DNA of 63,997 nt, counting the filler, from Pirum gemmata (lineage: Eukaryota): the NCBI GenBank assembly GCA_002812295.1. It is 16 parts of 16 records of this genome, joined end to end, with 100 filler letters (N's around TTAATTAATTAA, not from the genome) between each part and the next. Parts side by side here need not be neighbours in the genome. Positions count along the whole stretch, not along the records: positions 35,918 to 39,418 come from PDIN01002409.1; positions 39,519 to 43,050 come from PDIN01002410.1; positions 43,151 to 46,624 come from PDIN01002411.1; positions 46,725 to 50,225 come from PDIN01002412.1; 12 more parts are not named here. One strand, written 5' to 3'. The notes below the pieces were generated by a model, which was not told the origin of the DNA, did not search any database, and was given only the letters and a program-made list of their open reading frames with translations. The translations under genes were made by a program, and so were the position numbers. Shown here one piece after another: positions 37,846-49,839 of this stretch. How positions within the stretch are numbered: position 1 is the stretch's first letter; every line of letters starts with the position of its first letter.

Positions 37846-38572
37846 TAAAAAAATTAAATATAGATTAACTGTATTTTCCTAAAAAAGTAATAACATGCCT
37901 GAAGAAAATTGAAAGATGCTGTATTTACCCAAATAAGCATTAACCATGTCTGGATTTTCTCAAGTATATAAATCTCAAACGATAATAAATTTGGTTGAAA
38001 TTAAGTCTCCTCGATAGTTGCAAGTTCGAAAATCTACAACTTCCAAGTTTTTTGAACAGAACTCGGACGATATAATAATATTATTATGCGTTCTATATAT
38101 AATACCGAGTATATTTTAGCATTTTTGAACGTTTTCGAACTTATTTGAAATTTGAATCTGATTTACCTATTATTATCTCGTTATCTACAATTAAACTAAA
38201 GGTACCATTTTCTTTTAAAAAAAAATGACCTCATTTAGGGTAGCTTGTAGTCCGGAAAAATGATGTCAAATGACAAGAGGTGTGTCAGGTTACCTTACAG
38301 TAATTTTTAAAAATCCCCTAAAGACATACATTATAAAAGTCAAGCCTTTTTATTAAAAAAAGACATACCTTTTATTATATACTATGCCCTAAATAAAAGT
38401 AAAAGGGTTTTGAGCATTTTAGGGCATGCTTTTTTATTGAATCTACTATCAATTAAACCTAGTACTACTTGGTCATTGTAGGCCATCTTTTTTCTACCCT
38501 GATCCCATTATCCCCATATCCATACTACTGTCTTTAATTATTACTATTACTGCAATTAACACTCCCATCTAT

Positions 38573-39267
38573 TTAACTTTTGGCCTTTAACATATAGGTA
38601 ACTAACACGGGAACAGCAATCGAAACAGCTTTCATAGTTTTCTCCACTCTAGTATTTCGAAAACCATTATAAAAATCTTCAAAAATACCCCTGTAATTAA
38701 AAATGAACAAATAAAAAAGTTAAGAGTTAAGAGTTAGGGTTCGGATAAGAATTAAGGCTAGGGTTAGGGTTAGATTAGCACTACGGTTATCATTAAAGTT
38801 ACGCTTACGCTTACGGGCTACGGTTAGCGTTACGTTAGGATTACATTACATTTAGGGTTACCGTACGGTTATGGTTATGATTATGGTTATGGTTATCGTT
38901 ATGGTTATGGTTATCATTATCGTTATCGTTATCGTTATCGTTATCGTTATCGTTATCGTTATCGTTATCGTTATCGTTATGGTTATGGTTATGGTTACCG
39001 TTACGGTTATGGTTACGGTTATGGTAATGGTTATGGTTACAGTAATATAGGGTAATGTTTAGGGTTATAATTAGAGTCGGGGGCGGTGCTGGGTTTAGTT
39101 AGCGTTACCCCTTTTTGTAGGACTTAAGAAAATCCATGATATCATCCTGTAGTTCTTCCACCCCTTCAACTTCTTTTATACCGGCCTCAAACAACTGCGA
39201 ATCCGGATCAAAACCGAGAACCCTAGTCGGATACAGTTTTGTTTGATGAAATTGCTCTCTCCATTGA
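38573..39267 (-). CDS. Last two exons (39267-39109, 38690-38573) of an unknown protein with a hydrophobic C-terminal tail
   Basis: GT-AG splice keeps the frame: QWREQFHQTKLYPTRVLGFDPDS...KKG/GIFEDFYNGFRNTRVEKTMKAVSIAVPVLVTYMLKAKS*. Confidence 0.7.
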
Positions 39268-39615
39268 CTTAAAATAACAAAAATGATAATGAATAAATAA
39301 CATTATTAATATATATTCGATCAAACTAATGATTGGTGATGATGATGATGATGTAATAAATAATAGTAAATAATAATAGTTATACATAATAATAATAAAT
39401 AATAATATAATAAATAATNNNNNNNNNNNNNNNNNNNNNNNNNNNNNNNNNNNNNNNNNNNNTTAATTAATTAANNNNNNNNNNNNNNNNNNNNNNNNNN
39501 NNNNNNNNNNNNNNNNNNGTAAAAATGGTATTCTTACTGTAGACTAAGAGAACGTGGCTCTAGTTTAGCCAAATCGGCTAAAAAACGGGGGACTATAAAA
39601 AAAAAACTAAAAAAC

Positions 39616-39648
<33 letters not shown>

Positions 39649-40059
39649 AAAAAAAAAAATAGTAAAAAATCAGCAAAAAAAAAAAAAAAAAAAGTTTTAC
39701 TTTGACAAACTTTTCGGGAAATGAAAACGAATAACCAGACGATCAGTTAGGTAGTGGTTAGGTCAGTGCATAATATTGACGTAATTTCCTTTCATTTGAT
39801 ATACTTTTCGCTTTTTAAAAAAAAATTAAAAGTGTTAATACGACTACGTTGGATTTGAGATAAAAACGTCATTGTGCAATGACGTGCTGACGAATAGAGA
39901 CTAGCTACTAGCTAGCTAGCCTCCTGACTCCTGAGCTGCTACTAGCTAGCTAGTAGCTAGCCTGATAGCTAGCTAGCTACCTAGCTAGAGTATCGATAGC
40001 TACTATAGCTACTATCCGATAGCTGGCTAAAATCAGAATTTTTTAGTTCCTGTTTTCCT

Positions 40060-41530
40060 TTATTATAAAAGGAGACAAATAGGTTACAGAACTGTTAGTT
40101 TTATATAGTTTTAAATTAAAGTTGTGTTTTGTTGATTTGTTTCATAATACTTTGGTATAAGTTAATGATTTGGTTGTCAGTTGGTTGTGACTTGTTGTAT
40201 TTTTCATAATAAGACCATAGTAATGATAGTATATAGTCTATGATGAGTAATTGTATTGTTCTTTTGTTGTAGAAATATTTGTTTTGAACCTTTAATAAAT
40301 TTGTTCCTAGAATTATAGCGTTGTAGTCGTTGTTGTGGATATTGTTGGAGTTATCATATGTATGTAATATTATTTTGATGTATGTTATCCATTACAATTT
40401 TGTCTATGTTCAAAAATGTGTAGTTTGACTTCTGGTGGAAATTCTTTGGAACAACATTGACATTGAAAAGGTTGGGTTTTCGACGTCCACTGTCTTGTTG
40501 GTTTTCTTTGGGCTAGTATCCATATGTGACTTTTTAGTATTTTTGGTATTAATATGATATTATTTTTGTATTGATTCATTTATTTTTAATTATCTCTTCC
40601 CATTCATTTTGTTCTATATTCCACAGGTTGTTTAGGTTGTTATCATTGAAGGCTTTTGTTTTGAGGTTTTCTTCTATTTGTTTTATACTACTGTTTGTCA
40701 TGATCGTGTAGATTCCAACTATTTGGAGGTATATATTATATTTGATTTAGACTTGGAGCATATTTCTATTAATATTTTTGTTGTTTCTTTTTTACATAAT
40801 TTTTTATATTGTTGCTGTATTATTATTGGGTTTTAAAATGAAGATATTTTGTTTTTTATCGTAAAATTAGTAATAAAACTTATTGTTGTTGTTGTGTTGA
40901 TGGGTGTGTGCTAGTTTTATTAATTGTTCTGTGTTGTTTTGTATTGGGATCATGTTTTGTAGGGTTTCGATTGTGTGAATTATCCATGTTGGTAAAATTT
41001 TATTGTTGTTTGTGTTATGTATGTTGTTAATAATGTTGTGTAAAGTGAGATTTTGATTGTAGTTATGATGTGATTGATTGGTGAGTGAGTGGTAGTTATT
41101 GAGAAAGCAATGTGACCAGCATGATTTGTTGTGATTATTTGTATTGCATGAGAAAATATGTTGAAATTTTTTAATAAGGCTGGCGTTTCTCCTTGTTAGG
41201 AGATTGATCATGTTGATGCCTCCTTTGTTTTTGGATATTTTGATATTGTTTTGTGTGAATTGGTTGTTGGTAAAAAAGGTTATGATTTTTTTTTTGTAGT
41301 GGTAGAAATAAATTATCTGGTATAAAGGTGTTGGCCATGGAATATTGAGATTTTGCTTACATTAAGGTGTTGTTTAAATTTATTCTTTCTAATAAGGGTA
41401 GAGCTTTCGACTTTTTGGTTGTTTCTATTATATAATTTATATTAAATATTATTTTTCTTTCAAATTTGTTGTAGTTTTCTTTTTAACTTGCCTGAGAGTT
41501 TCCTTTAAAACCCCCCTAAGTTTTCCATTG
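40060..41530 (-). mobile_element. Decayed L1/Tx1-like non-LTR retrotransposon ORF2, C-terminal region
   Basis: Fragments LSLIRK.., IKIPKTKGGINMINLLTRRNASLIK (post-RT GGLG motif) and CQCC...H...C zinc finger; many stops. Second copy of the 3' part near 43275-43550. Confidence 0.7.
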
Positions 41531-41729
41531 TTTCTATCAATATCATAGCTTATATACTGCTTATATATTTTTTGATTATTCATTATTATATTAGAATGCC
41601 GTTTTCTTCTAAAAAGGTTGACAAATTTTGAAAGTGCATCGTTTTTGTTGCGCTTTGACCGAAATTTTTGCCGAAACTTGTTGTTGGATTGATTGCTGAA
41701 TAGAATAAAAAAAAAAAAAAAATCACTGA

Positions 41730-42960
41730 CTAGCTAGCTAGCAGTGATTTTTTCTCTACTCTAGCTAGAGCTAGCTAGCTATGTCAGCTGAGCTACTACT
41801 AGCTAGCTAGTCTAGCTAGCTCTAGCTAGTAGGTACAGAAATAAACTAATAACTAAAGGTAGAAATAACGTACGTAGAGTAGACCGGTCTAGCTAGCTAG
41901 TTAGTTAGTATGATAGTAGGGTGACCTATAGACCAGGGGGTCTATCTGATCATAATATTATCTCTCTGACCTATATCCTGTATCATATCATAGTCTATCT
42001 ATCGTAGACTACCATGTCATAGCTATCACAATAGCTTAGCTACTAGCTAGCTAGCTAGGGCCCTAAAAAGAGCTATGATATCTGATATGACATAATATTA
42101 TGTCATAAAAGGCTTTGGTCTCTACTCCTTCTAGCTAGCTACTATATTTAGCTATACAGAAGTCTACTAGCTATGATAGCTAGTAGCTCTAACTAACTAA
42201 GGTCTAGCTAGCTAGCGGAGTCTTACTAGCTACTAGTAGCTAGCTAGCTATCATAGCTACTAAGGCTATTATCGATAGCTTGAGTCTAGCTACTAGCTAG
42301 TAGCTAGCTATATTTAGCTATACAGAAGTCTACTAGCTATGATAGCTAGTAGCTCTAACTAACTAAGGTCTCCGCTAGCTTTAGCTAGTAGTTTATGATA
42401 CTAAGCCTACTAAATATATAAAATAGCTAGCTAGCTAGCTTTGGTGTTTTTTCAGCTACTAGCTAGTAGCTAGCTATATTTAGCTATACAGAAGCTAGCT
42501 AGCTAGCTAGCTAATAGTAGTTCCTAGCTACTAGCTACTAGCTAGCAGCTAGCTAGCTAGTTATACTCTCTACTAGCTAGCTAGTTATACTCTCTACTAG
42601 CTAGCTAGCTAGTCCAATAGTCAACTGTCTACCAGTATACAGTAGCTAGCTAGCTACTACTAGTAGCTAGTCTAGCTATTGTGCTTTTCATTTATTTTGT
42701 CACTCCGAATATTTATTTGGCTGTTTATAATATTTAAATTGATACTTTTAAAAAAATAAATATATATTAAAATATACCAAATTAAATGCACGATAGCTAA
42801 TAGTCTAGTAGTTCCTACTATCTAGACAGCTAGCTAGCTAGCTAGCTAGAGCTAGCTAGTAGCTATGATATATGACATACTCTACTAGTAGCTAGCTATC
42901 AATAGTAGTATGACCATAGCTAGTAGCTAGCTCTAGCTACTAGCTAGCCTGTAGTACATA
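41730..42960. repeat. (CTAG/GCTA/TAG)-rich palindromic low-complexity tract with internal duplications
   Basis: Dense AGCTAGCTAG runs; GCTATACAGAAG recurs near 42151, 42317 and 42483. Confidence 0.8.
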
Positions 42961-43274
42961 CTACACACCACTAATAGTCTAACTAATAATAGCATTCATA
43001 TAATTCATATGCATAGAAAAAACTAGATAGTCTATGATAGAAAAAAAAAANNNNNNNNNNNNNNNNNNNNNNNNNNNNNNNNNNNNNNNNNNNNTTAATT
43101 AATTAANNNNNNNNNNNNNNNNNNNNNNNNNNNNNNNNNNNNNNNNNNNNTTGATGTTGATGTTGATGTTGATGTTGATGTTGATGTTGATGTTGATGTT
43201 TTGTTTGTTTTGTTTGTTTTGTTTTGTTTTGTTTTGTTTTGTTTTGTTTTGTTTTGTTTTGTTTTGTTTTGTTT

Positions 43275-43550
43275 TGTTAAGTTAATGATTTGACAGTTGG
43301 CTGTGACTTGTTGTATTTTTCATAATAAGACCATAATATATATGATAGATGTAATATTTTTTTCATGTAGGTTAGCCATTCTAGTCTAGCTAGTCTTACA
43401 GGTTTGGGTATGTTCAAAGATGTATAGTTTGACTTCTGGTGGAAATTCTTTGGAACAATATTGACATTGAATGAATAGGTTGGGTTTTCGACGTCCATTG
43501 TCTTTGTGGGTTTTCTTTTGGTTAGTACCCAATGTGACTTTTATTTTTTG
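43275..43550 (-). mobile_element. Second relic of the L1/Tx1-like element 3' region
   Basis: Matches ~40160-40540 (TGACTTGTTGTATTTTTCATAATAAGACCA; GACTTCTGGTGGAAATTCTTTGGAACA). Confidence 0.7.
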
Positions 43551-44311
43551 ATAAACTAGATCCGATAAATGTGGTTTCTGATGGAAAATCCAATCAAGAA
43601 GGCAAAAATTATTTCCAACATTTCATGGCCACTAGCTACTAAGTTAGAGTTAGCTAGCAAAGCAGGAGTTAGCTACTAGCTAGTTAGGTGACTGTAAGCA
43701 TTTTCTACAAATTAGGCTTCTCCCAATTCTTTGCTTATCTGATAAATCCCTATGTTGTCTACGATTGGAGCGGAATGGAGCCACAAAACACTTTTTACTA
43801 TTTTTTTTTTTTTTACCACGAAAATCCAACAAATTAGTTTCAATTTTTACAGTAGACATCATAATGTAATATATTATTATATATATTATATTATAACGCT
43901 ACTAGCATAGAATTACGTGTATAGCACATAGTCTAATAGAAAAATAGTAATAGTAATAGCAATAGTATTATTGATATTATATATATGTAATAGTCTAATA
44001 GTAAAAATAGTAATAGTAATAGTAATAACATTATTGATATAGGTTTAATTATTTAAGTAATGGCATATATTTCTCGGATAAAGTGTCTATATTAATATAT
44101 ACTTATATATTATATATATTATGAGGAGGTCCTTTTTGAGGGTTAGTTAGACTTTAACAAGCACATTTACATACATATATACAAGAAATATCAGTTTGCA
44201 ATGTATCATTATTTGTTACATTATGTATATATAATATTTAATAGATAATAAAATATACCAAATTAAATGAAATGGATTTATATTGGTACTATTCATTGTA
44301 TTTTTTATGCC

Positions 44312-44700
44312 AGCCCTAACCCCAACAGCTCCCCAACCCTAACCCTAACCCAAACCCTAACCCAAACCCTAACCCTAACCTTAACCCTAACCCTAACCCT
44401 AACCCTAACCTTATTTTAAAACCCTAACTCTAACCCTAACCCTAATCCTAATCCTAACCCTATAGCTAACCCTAACCCTAACTCTAATTATAAACCTAAC
44501 CCAAACCCCTAACCCTAAATATAGGCATTAAATCAACGTCCCTAAATATAGGCATTAAATCACCATCGTCCATCATAATAATCCTAACTATAACCCTAAC
44601 TAGCTCCTAACTTAACTCTAACTTTAAACTTAGGGTTAGGATTTGGGGTTAGGGTTAGGGTTAGAGTTCGGGTTAGGGTTATAATTAGGGTCAGGGTTTA
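44312..44700. repeat. (CCCTAA)n tract followed by (TTAGGG)n tract
   Basis: C-strand repeats at 44312-44625 and G-strand repeats at 44630-44700. Confidence 0.8.
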
Positions 44701-44870
44701 ATAGTAAGGAAACCCAAAAGTCGGAGGTTTTTTTCTTTTTTTTACAGTGCCTTTGTCTAGTAACTCTAGTCTAGTAACTAGAATGGAACGCACCACTATA
44801 CTACCACTATGTAAATGGCATTATGGCTTGTTTTTTTTTTTTTTTTTTTTTTTTTTACTATGATAGTTTA

Positions 44871-45055
44871 CAGTGCTTTTCAGTTGGTTTGTCATCATAA
44901 AATATACAATAAAGAGTACCAAATTAATATAATATAAATCCATTTAATTTAATTTGGTATATTTTATTATCTATATATTGATTGAAAAATGTCAATTTAA
45001 ACATTACAACCCTCCAAATAAATAAGAAGAGTGACAAAATAAATGAAAAGCACGA
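44871..45055. mobile_element. MITE family A reference copy (185 bp)
   Basis: TA|CAGTGCTTTTCA ... TGAAAAGCACGA|TA. Confidence 0.82.
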
Positions 45056-45609
45056 TATCGTATGATAGTCTATGTCAGCTCTATGACATTGTTTACACGT
45101 TCAAATAATACTTCACTTCAAGGGGCGCACTTGACCGGAAATGGGCGTTACGTAGTATTTGAACGCTCCCTTACAAAACAATTATTATTATTATCTTCAT
45201 AAACTAGTTTACCAGCGCAATTTTTTTTCTAAATGTATTATTATTATTATTATTATCTTCATAAACTAGTTTACCAGCGCAATTTTTTTTCCAAATGTAG
45301 AGTCTATGACCTTAGTCAGGACACCATTATCAGATTATCCATACTCTTTCAGTCTATCACTGTCTATCATAAATTAGTTATAAATTATTATTGTCATAAA
45401 TTATCCATAAATTATTTTAAATTTTCCTAAAATATTACTATATATGGCGCGAAAAGTTATTTTGAAAACCCTCCATTGGCTAAAAGGAGTGTTTATAAAA
45501 AAATCATTTTTTGTTGTTTTTTTTTGTTTGGAAATTTTTATGAATTATTTCGAACAAAAAGAAATGATCCCTTTCAATGTAACAAAAAAAAAAAAAAAAA
45601 AAAAAAACA

Positions 45610-45654
<45 letters not shown>

Positions 45655-46929
45655 AATGACATACACATGATCACGGACATAAGTTGATTTTGTTTGTGTA
45701 GTGTAGTCTACTTTTTGTTTACATTATTATAATATGATAAATACATATGAAATAAAGTTGAATAAATACTCTGTTGTGTATAATTTATAAAACAATTTAT
45801 ATGATATTTATTTGTTAATATTTAGACCATATTGATTTCATATTATTATATAAAAAAGAAAATTCTATGTTTTTCTTTTACAATGCTTTTACCATAATGG
45901 GTACCAAATTAAAAAAAAGGTACTATTTGAATTTATTTCCCCTACCAAAAAAACATGCCGTTCTGCTAGTGTTCTGCTGCTGCCGTTTAGACACTCCCCC
46001 ACCCCCCAAAAAAAAAAAAAAAAAAAAAAAATGCTTTTTTTTTTCTCGTCATAGCATTTTCGAGAAAAAAAACGGCATTTTTTTTTTTTTTTTAGAAAAT
46101 GTTGTGCAAAGAAAGTTGCAAACAAAAATAGTAAGAACGACTGACTAACCAGCTGCGACTAACGATATTTTTATTTTTCTACACTCTAGACCCAAACTGA
46201 CACAAAGAAGACTAAACCATTTTGTGGCTTGCTATTGGTGGTGAAGTTGTCTTTCTAACATTTTTGACTATTTTGGTTGAATATTGTCTTCCATTGAAGC
46301 TACACTACGTATCATGGCATAGCAGTTACATAGCACTAAGGTTTTAGAGTCAATCATGGTGGAAAATTAAATGTTTCTTTTCTTTTTGATTTTTTTTAAA
46401 AAGGTAATGACATTTATAGGGTTGTTTTAAAAATTTGTTTATTTCCATTGTTTTGTTGGTTTTCGTTGGGTATATAGTTGATAATTGTTGTTTTTGTTGT
46501 AGTATATTGTCTTGTTTTTTAAATATGATTTTTCCTGTGTGTCTATTGTTATTATTCAGCAAAATTTATAGTGCTTTTCAGTTGTTTTGTCGTCATAAAA
46601 TATACAATAAATGATACCAAATTANNNNNNNNNNNNNNNNNNNNNNNNNNNNNNNNNNNNNNNNNNNNTTAATTAATTAANNNNNNNNNNNNNNNNNNNN
46701 NNNNNNNNNNNNNNNNNNNNNNNNTTATTATTATTATTATTATTATTAACTATTATTATTACTAATTATTTTCGTTATCGCTTTATCTTAATTCAATTTT
46801 TTAATATTTTTACCGACCCTGTCGTTGAATTCGCCAATTATTATTATCGTTACTAGGGTTATTCATGGTATGTCCTTTTTATTAATACGATGGTAAAAGA
46901 ATTACATTGCAATAAATACAGTTTAAATT

Positions 46930-48165
46930 AGTAATAAAACTAGAAATAAAATAATACAGGGTAAGTTCGTTCATGAGTAGGAATAAATCTCAAATGATAC
47001 CAACTTTTAGTGAATGTTATAAAAAGGGATAGAACATGGATTTTTGCAATAACACACTAAAAAAGTTGAGCATTAAGTAGTCGTATATGATAATTACCAA
47101 TTAATCATGCTGGTATTATTTCTTTTATTATTTGTTTAGTAAATTTAAATTAGAAGTAAAATACGGTAAGGGTAAATTCATTAGTAGGAATAAATTCCAA
47201 ATGACACTAAACCCAACTTGTGAATATTATAAAAAGAGATAGAACATAGAATAGAACATAGATTTTTGCAACAACGCAAACTAAAATGAGTATTTAATAA
47301 TTATATACGATGAATACCAATTAATCATGCTGGTACTATTTCTGTTATTATTTTTTTAGTAAATTTAAATTATAAATGTAAGGGTAATTCATAAATCCCA
47401 AATGACACCAAACCCAACTGTTAGTGAATGTTATAAAAAGTGACAGAACATGGATCTTTGCAACAATACACACTAAAAGTTAAGCATTAAGTAATCGTAT
47501 ACGATACTTGTCAATTAATTATGCTGGTACTATTTCTGTTATTATTTGTTTAGTAAAATTAAATTAGAAATATAAGGGTAATTCAATAGTAGGAATAAAT
47601 TCCAAATAACATTAAACCCAACTTTTAGTGAATGTTATAAAAAGTGATAGAACATGGATTTTTGCAACAACACACACTAAAAGTTGAGCATTAATTAATC
47701 GCATACGGTACTTACTAATTAATTATGCTGGTACTATTTCTGATTCCTATTATTATTTGGTTAGTAAATTCAAATTAGAAATATAAGGGTAATTTATTAG
47801 TAGGAATAAATTCCAAATGAAACTAAATCCGACTTTTAGTGAATGTTATAAAAAGTGACAGAATATGGATTTTTGCAACAAGACACACTAAAAGTTGAGC
47901 ATTAAGTAATTATATACGATGATTATCAATTAATCATGTTGGTACTATTTCTGTTGTTATTTGTTTAGTAAATTTAAATTATGAATATAAGGGGAATTCG
48001 CTAGTAGGAATAAATTCCAAATGCCACTAACCCCGACTTTTAGTGACTGTTATAAAAAGTGATAGAACATGGATTTTTGCAACAACGCAAACTAAAAGTT
48101 GAGCATTACGTAATTGTATACGATAATTACCAATTAATTATGTTGGTACTATTTCTGTTATTATT
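46930..48165. repeat. Tandem array of six ~195-212-bp units
   Basis: AGGG(T/G)AA..TAGGAATAAATTCCAAAT..GTGAATGTTATAAAAAG..AGAACATGGATTTTTGCAAC recurs near 46958, 47170, 47381, 47575, 47786 and 47990. Confidence 0.92.
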
Positions 48166-48939
48166 TTTATTGTTTATTGTTTATTGTTTTTTCCATTATT
48201 ATTTATTATTTGTTTTCTACTTTAATTTAGAAAAATTAACTCGCACAGATAAAATCTTTTGTTTAGAGGAAATAATCATGACACAAAAACTTTTTTCTAG
48301 TTTTACTTTGCTTTATGTATATTATTTTAACATCGATTTACTTGAACAGATTTTTTTTTTCGGAGAGGTAGGGGTTAGTGGTATGTTAAATTTTTGAGAT
48401 TAGTCTCTTTTTCGTTATCAATTTGTTTTCTACTTTGGTTTAGAAAAATTAATTCACAGATGATCTTTTTTATTATATATATAGTACTATATATTATTGA
48501 TCAACTTTATTATGCTCAGCATCGTGAAAACGTAGTGTAGAGCTTCCGTTTTTATCAAAAATGTAATTCTTTTGTGATCGTATTCAATTTTACAACTGAA
48601 TTATTTTCTTGTGTTTTTAAGTTGTTTAGCTTATATTGTATACGTGTTGACTCACATAAATTGTATTGGCAAATAATAGTAATACTTTCGTCAAGCAAGT
48701 TCGTAGGGTAATTTCCGGAGTGCATTATTATAAACAAAACTATTTGACTTTTATATTTTCTAGTTTTGTTTTAAATAATGACCGAAAGCGAGATCCTAAA
48801 ATAGACACTAAATTATGACTACATTACAAATGTAAAGGAGTGTCTTATGCTATTAATAATAATAATAAATACTAGTTAAACCTATCCTGCAAGATTTCAT
48901 AAATATTTTTGCCTTTGCTTGTACTCGGGGTCTTTTCCT

Positions 48940-49839
48940 TTATGAAAAAGAAAGTTTTCTTGCGTGTGGACCAGCTAGTAAACCGAATTTTAGTTTAATT
49001 AACAAAAAAGAGTAATGAGTTAACGATAAGATTTTAATCAATAAATTTATGAAATACAAAGTATTAAATAAAATAATAAAGCGAACCCATTTTTTATAAA
49101 CATTATACATATTCTTTTACCTTTTCCTTCGAAATAACTGGTGTCTAATTTGCTTTCTGGATTTGGTACGAAGGGCATTTCTTGGTCCATTATTTTCTCC
49201 CAGACAATACCGTCAAAGAAGGAATGTGATTTGATAGCTAAAATACATATTACATACCAACGTTTGTCAATGTTAGCTTTCTAAAATGTCTCTTTACACA
49301 CAGATATTATTTATTCCCCTATAAAAATTAAACGAGAGAAGGGCAAATGACAAATAACAAATAATCAAATAATTAAATAATCCAAAAACCTGGCGTTGAT
49401 AGCCTTTCATTAGGATCCTTTTCCAGAAGACTTTGTATTACATTGAATGCATATTCAGGAAGATACTCGGAATCAGGCCATACTATATCTGTTTATTTAT
49501 TTTATCGTGTTTTAGTTGTGTTATGCATTGTAATATATATCTGCCTTATTTGTATAGTTCCACCACGCGTTTTTATTAATATTTCTACCATTATTATTAT
49601 TATTATTATTAGTGTTATCATTGTTTTTCATCCATTTATTTTATCACTATTTACTTTTTTTCTGCACACACTTGTATTAATTTTTGCTGAATATATATTA
49701 GTATAAATCTGTTTTTATTACTTACCGTGTTTCAGTATATTTTGAAAAACTGCTTCAACAGTCTGGTCATTAAAAGGGGGAACGCCTGTTATGAATTCAA
49801 AAATACATATTCCTAACGCCCACCAATCAACCGCTGGTC
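48940..49839 (-). CDS. MASTL: Greatwall/MASTL-like AGC kinase, 3' exons 49839-49726, 49488-49390, 49237-49121, 48974-48940
   Basis: Spliced [42 protein letters not shown]...[10 protein letters not shown]../..HSFFDGIVW...[17 protein letters not shown] closely resembles the Greatwall C-lobe and AGC tail. The last exon is less certain. Confidence 0.85.

Noticed and set aside
46930..48165. CRISPR-like array
   Set aside because: Whole units are homologous, with no unique spacers or cas genes, in a eukaryotic context.
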